The notes beneath the pieces are model-generated. The model did no database searches. It was not told where the DNA came from and was given only the letters and a program-made list of their open reading frames with translations. Positions 36,161 to 43,601 of a stretch of DNA of 64,000 nucleotides are shown in pieces. Position 1 is the stretch's first letter. Every line of letters starts with the position of its first letter. The stretch comes from an uncultured Verrucomicrobiota bacterium (GTDB taxonomy: Bacteria; Verrucomicrobiota; Kiritimatiellia; CAIVKH01), in assembly GCA_937872895.1 (NCBI GenBank), contig CALMUP010000022.1, positions 82,874-146,873 of the forward strand, in the 5' to 3' direction. The position numbers and the translations under genes are program-made.

Positions 36161-37891
36161 TCATCCCTTCATGCCGGTCAGGGTAACGCCCTGGATGAAG
36201 TATTTCTGGGCGAAGAAGAAGATGATGACCACCGGCAGGGTCATCAGGAACGATCCAGCCATCATCATACCGTAGTTTCCACCTTCCTGCACGTTCAAGG
36301 CATACAGTCCGAGCGAAAGCGGATAAAGGGACTGGTCGCTGAGGTAGATGAGCGGACCCATAAAATCGTTCCAGACCCCCATGAAGGTGAAGATGCCGAT
36401 ACAGGCGAGGGTCGGCTTGATCAACGGCATGATGACGTGCCAGTACACCTGCAGGAAATTGCACCCGTCGATGCGCGCGGCGTCCTCGAGGTCGCGGGGA
36501 ATCCCCTTCATGAATTGCCGGAGCAGGAAGATGTTGAAGGCGTTTCCAAAGAAGCTGATGACCCAGAGCGGATTGAGCGTGTTGTACCAGCCCAGGTGCT
36601 TGATGATCAGGAAGTAGGGGATCATCGTCACCTGCGGCGGGATCATCATCGTCGCCATCATCAGGGCGAAGGAAAACTGCCGGCCCGGCCACTGCAACCG
36701 GGCGAACGCGAAGGCGACCAGCGAACAGGAGATAATCGTGCCGACGATGTTGAGGATGACCAGGAACGCGCTGGTCGCGACATACCTGCCGAAGGGGATA
36801 TAGTTCAGGGCGCCCCGGTAGTTCCGGTTCGCCTTGGCCCACCACGCATCGAGTTGTGAGGCCTGGGAGAACGTGGCCGTGACCCGGACCCGGTCCGGCC
36901 GCGATTCGAAGTGCGGTCCTCGATCCGTTTCCCGGCAGGCATACCAGAGACGTATCTTGCCGGAATGGCTCGCATCCTCCGGGCCGAATTCCTGAAGGGT
37001 GGCGACCAGTGCCTGGTTGTCGCCGAGGAATACCGGACGGGTGGCTTCGTACCGCACGCCGTTGCGCTCAAACGCGAAATCGATGCGGTGCCACGAATCA
37101 TCGGGCAGGATGGAGACCTGGATGCGGTGGAGCCGATCGGCCATGAAGGGCAGGGTAAGGTCGGCGGTCATGGTAAAGGTCGCACCACGGCGGTCCCGGA
37201 AATCATAGGCCAGCACCCCGGCGGGTCCGGTCGAACGGACGACGTCCTGCCAGGTGGCCGGGGCGTTTTCGGACAAGATCCAGAGGGAGGAGATCGGCCG
37301 CCCGGTGCTCAGTTCCTGTTCCTGCAGGTCGAGGCTGCGCACCCGCAAGGAGCTGAACTCCAACGGACGGAAGATGGCACGGTGTACCCCGGCGACCATG
37401 CCGGTATCGATCCGCGCGGTGAGGGCCTCCGCCAACGCGTCATCGGGAAGGGACCAGGCCTCGGCCGGGACCGTGTCGTTGAGCCGGCGGTAGATGCCGG
37501 GGAACAGCGCGGCAGCCCGCTGCTCCGGGCTCACTCCGGTTCCATCCGCTTCGGCCGGCATCGCCGCGAGGTGTTCCAGCAGCCACGGCTGGATTCGTGC
37601 CGCCTGTTCGCTGCGTGGCCCCGGGAAGTATCCGGCGTCGAGGTAGGGTGATCGTTCGGCCGGGACCGGTCGTTTTGGCAACAGGGTGATGCCCTCGCCG
37701 AACATCTCGCGGTCAACCTTGAGGCTGGTGCCGATCATCCAGATGAAGGGGATGGCGAATACCGTCGCGCCACCGAGAAGCAACCCGTAGATCACCAGCC
37801 ATCGGGCGATGGACGCACTGCGGCGGGCCAGCGGGACCGATGTCTCCGTCTTCACCGGCGGAGTGATGTCTTCCAGGGGACGCAACGCCAT
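36161..37891 (-). CDS. CUT1-type (MalG-like) ABC sugar permease with a ~330-aa insert between TM1 and TM2
   Basis: The C-terminal 270 aa are typical (…MIPYFLIIKHLGWYNTLNPLWV…, EAA loop DLEDAARIDGCNFLQVYWHVIMPLIKP). Start ATG 37891 lies 1 nt after the upstream stop. The ORF-track start at 37996 would overlap by 104 nt. Confidence 0.75.
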   Translation of the reverse strand: MALRPLEDITPPVKTETSVPLARRSASIARWLVIYGLLLGGATVFAIPFIWMIGTSLKVDREMFGEGITLLPKRPVPAERSPYLDAGYFPGPRSEQAARIQPWLLEHLAAMPAEADGTGVSPEQRAAALFPGIYRRLNDTVPAEAWSLPDDALAEALTARIDTGMVAGVHRAIFRPLEFSSLRVRSLDLQEQELSTGRPISSLWILSENAPATWQDVVRSTGPAGVLAYDFRDRRGATFTMTADLTLPFMADRLHRIQVSILPDDSWHRIDFAFERNGVRYEATRPVFLGDNQALVATLQEFGPEDASHSGKIRLWYACRETDRGPHFESRPDRVRVTATFSQASQLDAWWAKANRNYRGALNYIPFGRYVATSAFLVILNIVGTIISCSLVAFAFARLQWPGRQFSFALMMATMMIPPQVTMIPYFLIIKHLGWYNTLNPLWVISFFGNAFNIFLLRQFMKGIPRDLEDAARIDGCNFLQVYWHVIMPLIKPTLACIGIFTFMGVWNDFMGPLIYLSDQSLYPLSLGLYALNVQEGGNYGMMMAGSFLMTLPVVIIFFFAQKYFIQGVTLTGMKG

Positions 37892-37892
37892 A

Positions 37893-40520
37893 TCAGCCCT
37901 CATCCTCGTAGTGGACCCAGCGCTTGGACAACCGCATCTGGAAGGCCGTGAGCAGCAGGACGATGACGAACAGGAACCATGCCATCGCCGCCGCATACCC
38001 CATGTTCAGGTAGCGGAACGCATTGTTGAACAGGTAATAGGCGTAGAAGAGGGTCGAATTCACCGGTCCGCCCGAGGTCATGATGAAGGCCTGGGTGAAG
38101 ATCTGGAACGTGCCGATCAGTCCCATGATCAGGTTGAAGAAGATGTACGGCGTGAGCATCGGGATGGTGATGTACCGGAACTGTTGCCAGGTGTTCGCAC
38201 CATCGATGGCCGCCGCCTCGTAGTACGAGTCGCTGATGCCCTTCAAACCGGCGATCCAGATGATCATGCCGCCACCCGCCGTCCACAGCCCCATCAGGAT
38301 CAGCGCCCACTTGCTGGTGTCCTTGTCCTGCAACCATTCCGGACCGGTGATGCCGATGCTGGCCAGCAGGCCGTTGAGCAGTCCGCTCTGCGGGTTGAAG
38401 ATCCATATCCACAGGATGCTCGCCGCGACCATCGGCACGATGCTGGGCAGGTAGAACAGGGTGCGCCACACGGCGATGCCGCGGACCTTCTGGGTCAGGA
38501 GAATGGCCATGCCGAGTCCGACCGCCATGCCGAGCGGAATGCCGATGACCATGAAGAGGGTGTTGCCGAGCGATTTCCAGAAAAGGTCGTCCTGGCTGAA
38601 CATGAAGGTGTAGTTGTCGAGACCGGTGAACACCGCCGGATTCAGGATGTCGTAGCGGCAGAAGCTGATCACGATCGAGAACAACATCGGGCCGCCGGTG
38701 AAGACGATGAAGCCGATGATCCAGGGAAGGGCGCAGATCACCCCTTCCTTCCACTGGGCGCGGAAATAGGATCCCTTGCTGCCTTCGAGCACCGAGGCTG
38801 CGGCTTTCTCCCCGGTGAAGAAGGAGGCCAGTGATGATCCACGTCTCCCTGCGGTCATCCGGCTGTCGCGCCGGTAGATCCAGGTGATCGTGGCGATGAG
38901 GATCGCCCCATACAACCAGAAGAACCAGGTCCAGTCGTGGATCGGCCGTCCCTCCGCCGGGAACAGGACCATGTCGAGGTGGCGCTGCACCATGCCGGTA
39001 TGGTACGCCAACGCATCGGCCGGGGTACGCTCGTGGTTGATCGCATCATCCATGGCCGAGCGCTGGGCATTCCACAGCTTTTGTCCCACCGGGGTCACCG
39101 GCCGGCAACGCGAATGCTCCAGCATGTCGTTGAAGACGGCCATGACATCCTTGAATTTCTGCTCGAGGGCGGGATTACCGGCGATAAACGTATCGTAGAG
39201 CCACTCGTTGTGTTCGCGGTTGGACACCTGCCGCGGCACGAAGGGCCGACCCTGGGCGAGGTAGGTGTAGTGTTCCGAGCGGGTCATGATCTCGATGGCC
39301 CGGCGGCTGCTCAGGAATCGGATCAGTTCCCACGCCGCGGCTTTTTCCTGCGCCGTGGATGGAATGGCATAAGCCCAGCCGCCAATCCAGCTGATCGGAT
39401 GACGTCCCTTGTCCACTTCGGCCTGGGGCAGGGGTGGGGGGGCCGCACCGACATGGAGGTCGCGGCCGTAGCGCGCGAGCGACGACATGACCCACACGCC
39501 ATCGATCTTCATGGCCACCTTGCCCATGATGAACGGGTCGAGGGCATCCCGCTGAAAGGTACTTTGGAAGGCATCGACCTTCTGCGCACCACCCAGTTTG
39601 TCGTAGAGGCGGGTGACGAATTCGAGGGCGTAGAGGATGTTCGGGTCGTCGAGGGTGACCGTCAGTCCGTCCTCGCTCATGAACTCGCCCCCGGCCATCC
39701 AACCGTACATGTACAGGAAGGTGTTGCCGTAATTGGGAATGAAACCCACCCGCTTGAGGTTGCCGGCGGCATCCGTCTCGGTCATGGCCAGGGCCATCGC
39801 CTCGAGTTCCTCCCAGGTGCGCGGTGGACGCGCCTCGCCCTGCTCGTCAACGAATCCGTGCCGGACCAGCATGTCCTTGTTGTAGAGCAGGACCCGGTTG
39901 TCGGCGTTGTTGGGTATCCCGAAGGGGTGCGCCTCGCCGGTCAACGGGTTGCGGTACACGATCTCATCCCAGGCGCCCGGGAAGAACTGTTCGGCAGCGA
40001 TCGGACCGACATCGGCCAGCGGCCACGCGCCTTCCGCACGGGGTGGTTCCGCCAGGGCACCGGGCCAGGGCAGCCGGGACACGTCTTCCGGACGCCCCGC
40101 GGCCTCCCACGCCTGCCAGGCCTGCTGGTCGGCGGCGAGAAGACCATCCAGCGGCGTGAATGCCCCGCGCGAGGCCCACTCACTGATGGCGAACCGGTCG
40201 AAGAAAATCACATCCGGCGGATCGCCCCCGGCCAGGCTGAGCAGAAAACGGGTTGGGTCCTCGACCTGGTCGCGCGACGCATGTTGACCGGCCACCACGC
40301 GGTAGAGCGGTTGGCGGGGATCCTGGCGGTGCCGTTCGCGGTAGATGTGTTCGAATTCGCGGACCGCATCCTCCATGGCATCGCGAATCGGACCTTCCGG
40401 CGCCATGTAGCGGATGACAATGGCCTCATCGTCCACGGCACGCGTTTTCGCCGGGGCCAACCACCACAGGGCGGTGAGGAGCACCGCCGATCCCAATGCC
40501 ATTTGTAAACCACGTGTCAT
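37893..40520 (-). CDS. Fusion protein: family-1 extracellular solute-binding protein + linker TM + MalF-like CUT1 ABC permease
   Basis: Signal anchor (ALGSAVLLTALWW), a ~500-aa SBP-like region (…DVIFFDRFAISEWASRGAF…LLYNKDML…WEELEAMA…), and a TM (WTWFFWLYGAILIATITWIY). A 6-TM permease follows, with EAA loop ISDSYYEAAAIDGANTWQQFRYITIPMLTP. Confidence 0.75.
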   Translation of the reverse strand: MTRGLQMALGSAVLLTALWWLAPAKTRAVDDEAIVIRYMAPEGPIRDAMEDAVREFEHIYRERHRQDPRQPLYRVVAGQHASRDQVEDPTRFLLSLAGGDPPDVIFFDRFAISEWASRGAFTPLDGLLAADQQAWQAWEAAGRPEDVSRLPWPGALAEPPRAEGAWPLADVGPIAAEQFFPGAWDEIVYRNPLTGEAHPFGIPNNADNRVLLYNKDMLVRHGFVDEQGEARPPRTWEELEAMALAMTETDAAGNLKRVGFIPNYGNTFLYMYGWMAGGEFMSEDGLTVTLDDPNILYALEFVTRLYDKLGGAQKVDAFQSTFQRDALDPFIMGKVAMKIDGVWVMSSLARYGRDLHVGAAPPPLPQAEVDKGRHPISWIGGWAYAIPSTAQEKAAAWELIRFLSSRRAIEIMTRSEHYTYLAQGRPFVPRQVSNREHNEWLYDTFIAGNPALEQKFKDVMAVFNDMLEHSRCRPVTPVGQKLWNAQRSAMDDAINHERTPADALAYHTGMVQRHLDMVLFPAEGRPIHDWTWFFWLYGAILIATITWIYRRDSRMTAGRRGSSLASFFTGEKAAASVLEGSKGSYFRAQWKEGVICALPWIIGFIVFTGGPMLFSIVISFCRYDILNPAVFTGLDNYTFMFSQDDLFWKSLGNTLFMVIGIPLGMAVGLGMAILLTQKVRGIAVWRTLFYLPSIVPMVAASILWIWIFNPQSGLLNGLLASIGITGPEWLQDKDTSKWALILMGLWTAGGGMIIWIAGLKGISDSYYEAAAIDGANTWQQFRYITIPMLTPYIFFNLIMGLIGTFQIFTQAFIMTSGGPVNSTLFYAYYLFNNAFRYLNMGYAAAMAWFLFVIVLLLTAFQMRLSKRWVHYEDEG

Positions 40521-40607
40521 GCGTTTCAACCTTGGCGAAAACGGAGGGAAAAAGCAATGCACGAGGCGGGTCCGGACCGGAAAGGCTCCATCCGGCTAAC
40601 GGCAGGT

Positions 40608-41300
40608 TCAGCCGTGATCCTGCGCGAGCAGGTAGGTGAGCAACCGCGACCGTTCGGCAGCGAGCGCCTCGTAGGCGTCAGCGGGCGCGGCGAGCAGGCA
40701 TTCCGCGTTTTGCACGTACCGTGACGGGGTCATTTCGTGACCGGCCTGCCGGATCAGTTCAGCCGCGGTTTCCGGCGTGGTTTCGAGATGATACTGCAAG
40801 CCGACGACCCGGCCCGGCAAGGCGAAGGCCTGATGCAGGCACCCGGCACTGCGGGCGAGGTACACCGCACCCGGCGGGAGATCAAAAGTCTCGCCGTGCC
40901 AATGGAATACCGGCATCGCGGAACACCGGTAACCGGGCAGCGCATCGACCGGCTCGATCGGCCACCATCCGATCTCCCGCTCGCGGTTGGGATAAACCCT
41001 GGCGCCGCTGACCTGGGCGATCAACTGGGCCCCGAGGCAGATGCCCAGCGCCGGTTTTCCCGTGGCGAGGTACTGGTGCAGCAGTCGTTTCTCCTCGACC
41101 AGCCACGGGAATACCGCCTCGTCGTGTACACTCATCGGTCCGCCCATGATGACCAGCAGGTCCGTGCCGGACCAATCCGGACGCTGCGGCTCCGGATCAA
41201 ACCAGCGTGTCCACCGCACGGTGGCCCCGTGGTGCTCGAACCACGGTAACATCGAACCGATCCCTTCAAACGCGACGTGTTGGAAAATGTGGATGTTCAT
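40608..41300 (-). CDS. Class I glutamine amidotransferase-like protein
   Basis: LLVIMGGPMSVHDE, nucleophile elbow GICLGAQLIA, HWHGETF. The gap after nrsF is 3 nt. Confidence 0.75.
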   Translation of the reverse strand: MNIHIFQHVAFEGIGSMLPWFEHHGATVRWTRWFDPEPQRPDWSGTDLLVIMGGPMSVHDEAVFPWLVEEKRLLHQYLATGKPALGICLGAQLIAQVSGARVYPNREREIGWWPIEPVDALPGYRCSAMPVFHWHGETFDLPPGAVYLARSAGCLHQAFALPGRVVGLQYHLETTPETAAELIRQAGHEMTPSRYVQNAECLLAAPADAYEALAAERSRLLTYLLAQDHG

Positions 41301-41303
41301 GCA

Positions 41304-41930
41304 TTACCACCTCAGGAAACGCCGGGCCAGCAGGATCCCGGCAAAGGCAAAAACCACGCCCGGTAGCCAGTGCCAGACCAGCAGGTGCAGTGGATCCTGG
41401 TTGTCGCAGGCGAACTGGAGGGCGGCCGCGCCGAGGCTGTTCAAGGCGAGGCCGATCAGGATGCCCGACCCGACGAGGTTGGCGGGTGCGGCACGCTTGA
41501 GCGCCACTACGAGGACGACCGTCGGCAGGATCCCGAGCAGGAAGATGTGTACAGCGCAGGCAAGGCCGTGGCCCGGTGCACAGCCGGGCGTAGTCCCGCC
41601 CAGAAGGCCCAGCCACCCCAGCGAAATCCCGCTGGCCAGCAGCAAACTCCACCGCACCCCGGCCGGGAGGTCGCGGTCTGGCACGCTGGTGACGAACGCC
41701 GCATAGCCGGCCAGCACGCCCATCACGGTGAACAACACGGTCAGGCCAATGAAACTCGGATCGCCCACCACGGCGGCAAGGTCGCCGCGCACGCCGGACA
41801 CTGCGGTGAAGGCACCCAGGTAGGCGAGGCTGATCCCGAGCCAGACCGCCCATTGCACACCGGGAGCAGGCAAACGTCGCACCGGAGCGACCTCCGCCGC
41901 GAGACGGCTGATCACGTCATCTGTTTTCAT
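41304..41930 (-). CDS. nrsF: NrsF-family (DUF1109) membrane anti-sigma factor
   Basis: MKTDDVISRLAAEVAPVRRL N-terminus and six TM helices. Cys-containing loops (GCAPGHGLAC, FACDNQDPLHLLVWH) resemble DUF1109. Overlaps the sigma gene by 14 nt. Confidence 0.7.
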   Translation of the reverse strand: MKTDDVISRLAAEVAPVRRLPAPGVQWAVWLGISLAYLGAFTAVSGVRGDLAAVVGDPSFIGLTVLFTVMGVLAGYAAFVTSVPDRDLPAGVRWSLLLASGISLGWLGLLGGTTPGCAPGHGLACAVHIFLLGILPTVVLVVALKRAAPANLVGSGILIGLALNSLGAAALQFACDNQDPLHLLVWHWLPGVVFAFAGILLARRFLRW

Positions 41931-42489
41931 GGTGCTGTTTCCATTGTTGCCGCAACCGCGCATAGCCACGCGAAGCGATGACCTTTACATTCGATTCGCT
42001 AAGACCCAGCTGCGCGGCTACAGCTTTTACCGGAAGATCCTCGATTTTCAACAGTCGGATGACCTCGCGTTCCCGTTCGCCCAGCGAGGCCAGCTCCTGT
42101 TCCGCGACCTCGATGCCCTCGGCTTCCGGATCGCGCTCCGGGGCGGCGGCCAGCGCGACGATCGCCTCCTCCTGCAACTCCCGCTGCTGTACCCGGATCG
42201 ACCGACGCAGGTGGTCAATGCACCGCCGCCGCACGATGGTGAACAACCAGGGCGCGAAGGGTCTGGCCGGATCGTAGGTGTGGCGGATGCGGTGCAGGGT
42301 GATCAACGTATCCTGCACCACGTCCTCGCGGTCGCGGATGCCGGGATAATGACGCTGGATGAACGACCGCACCGGGCCGAGCAGGGCTTGCAGCAGCTCC
42401 CGGTAAGCCTCTGCGTCGCCCTGCTGTGCGCGGACCATCCATCCGGCCCAGACCGCACCGTCCTGTTGATCGCCCGTTGGTGTTTCCAT
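41917..42489 (-). CDS. ECF (sigma-70 family) RNA polymerase sigma factor, SigF/ECF16-like by context
   Basis: Region 2 DVVQDTLITLHRIRHTYDPARPFAPWLFTIVRRRCIDHLRR and region 4 EREVIRLLKIEDLPVKAVAAQLGLSESNVKVIASRGYARLR. Only the last 190 codons of the 795-aa ORF are credible. Confidence 0.85.
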   Translation of the reverse strand: METPTGDQQDGAVWAGWMVRAQQGDAEAYRELLQALLGPVRSFIQRHYPGIRDREDVVQDTLITLHRIRHTYDPARPFAPWLFTIVRRRCIDHLRRSIRVQQRELQEEAIVALAAAPERDPEAEGIEVAEQELASLGEREREVIRLLKIEDLPVKAVAAQLGLSESNVKVIASRGYARLRQQWKQHHENR

Positions 42490-42493
42490 GCGT

Positions 42494-42519
42494 GTAACCG
42501 AGCCGCCGGTTTCCGCGAA
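42494..42519 (+). promoter_or_regulatory. Candidate SigF-type ECF promoter GTAACC-N16-CGAA oriented toward trxB
   Basis: Read directly: gtaacc (42494-42499), a 16-nt spacer, cgaa (42516-42519). It lies ~155 nt upstream of the trxB ATG and 5 nt from the divergent sigma start codon. Confidence 0.4.
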
Positions 42520-42675
42520 CAGGATGAAGGGGCCGGGCGGGCTGCGCCAGCGAAAAATCGCCGCGGCGGTTACCCCGGGTTGGACAATCGCCCGGAATCG
42601 GGCATAGTACGGCTCGTTTCCGGGCAGGTCTTCGCACCTCCCGGTCAGGCTTGCTTTCAACGAAGAGGACGAACG

Positions 42676-43596
42676 ATGGAAAAAGTGATCATTCTCGGAA
42701 CCGGCGCGGCCGGACTGACCGCCGCGATCTACACCGCCCGTGCCAACCTGTCCCCGCTGGTGTTCGAGGGGTTGCAGCCCGGCGGCCAATTGACCACGAC
42801 GACCGAAGTGGAGAATTTTCCCGGATTTCCCGACGGGGTGGATGGCAACGAGCTGATGGCCAGGATGCGCCAGCAGGCGGAGAAGTTCGGCACGCGGTTC
42901 CAGTACGCACTGATCGAGAAGGTCGATTTCTCGAGCCAGCCGCTCAAGGTAATCGCCGACGACGGGACCGTGTTTGAATCGCAGACCGTGATCATCGCCA
43001 CCGGTGCCAGCGCGAAATACATCGGCCTGCCGAACGAGCAGAAGCTGATCGGTCGCGGCGTGACCTCCTGCGCGACCTGCGACGGCGCATTCTACCGCAA
43101 CGTGCCGGTGGCCGTAGTCGGCGGTGGCGACACCGCAATGGAGGAAGCGACCTTCCTCACCCGGTTCGCCTCGAAGGTGTACCTCATCCACCGCCGCGAC
43201 GAATTCCGCGCCTCGAAGATCATGGCCGACCGGGTGATGAACCATCCGAAGATCGAGGTGGTCTGGAATACCGTGGTCGAGGATGTGCTCGACGTGAACA
43301 GGAACGAAGTGACCGGCCTGAAGATCCGGAACGTGAAGACCGGCGCGGTTTCCGACCTCGACGTGAAGGCGCTGTTCGTGGCCATCGGTCATCAGCCCAA
43401 TACCAAACCGTTTGCCGGTCAGTTGGCCATGAACGAGGTCGGTTACCTTGTCACCGATCACACCCGCACCAGCATTCCCGGCGTGTACGCCGCGGGCGAT
43501 GTGCAGGATCCGCATTACCGCCAGGCGATTACCGCAGCGGGCTCCGGCTGCATGGCCGCGCTGGAGGCGGAACGCTTCCTGGAAGCGCAGGGCTGA
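42676..43596 (+). CDS. trxB: Thioredoxin-disulfide reductase
   Basis: GTGAAGLTAAIY, redox-active CATCDG, GGGDTAMEEA, GVYAAGDV. Confidence 0.9.
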   Translation: MEKVIILGTGAAGLTAAIYTARANLSPLVFEGLQPGGQLTTTTEVENFPGFPDGVDGNELMARMRQQAEKFGTRFQYALIEKVDFSSQPLKVIADDGTVFESQTVIIATGASAKYIGLPNEQKLIGRGVTSCATCDGAFYRNVPVAVVGGGDTAMEEATFLTRFASKVYLIHRRDEFRASKIMADRVMNHPKIEVVWNTVVEDVLDVNRNEVTGLKIRNVKTGAVSDLDVKALFVAIGHQPNTKPFAGQLAMNEVGYLVTDHTRTSIPGVYAAGDVQDPHYRQAITAAGSGCMAALEAERFLEAQG

Positions 43597-43601
43597 ACCG
43601 G

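Noticed and set aside
38937-40508. 523-aa plus-strand ORF
   Set aside because: Antisense to the SBP part of the SBP-permease fusion gene, with no motifs.
42548-42573. Second GTAACC (minus strand) as a SigF-type autoregulatory promoter for the sigma operon
   Set aside because: The -10 position reads CGCT (N15) or GCTG (N16) instead of CGAA. It is kept only as a remark inside the sigma finding.
41929-42675. N-terminal 249 codons of the 555-aa plus-strand ORF containing trxB
   Set aside because: This part is antisense to the sigma and nrsF genes. TrxB homology, including the FAD motif, begins at Met 42676.
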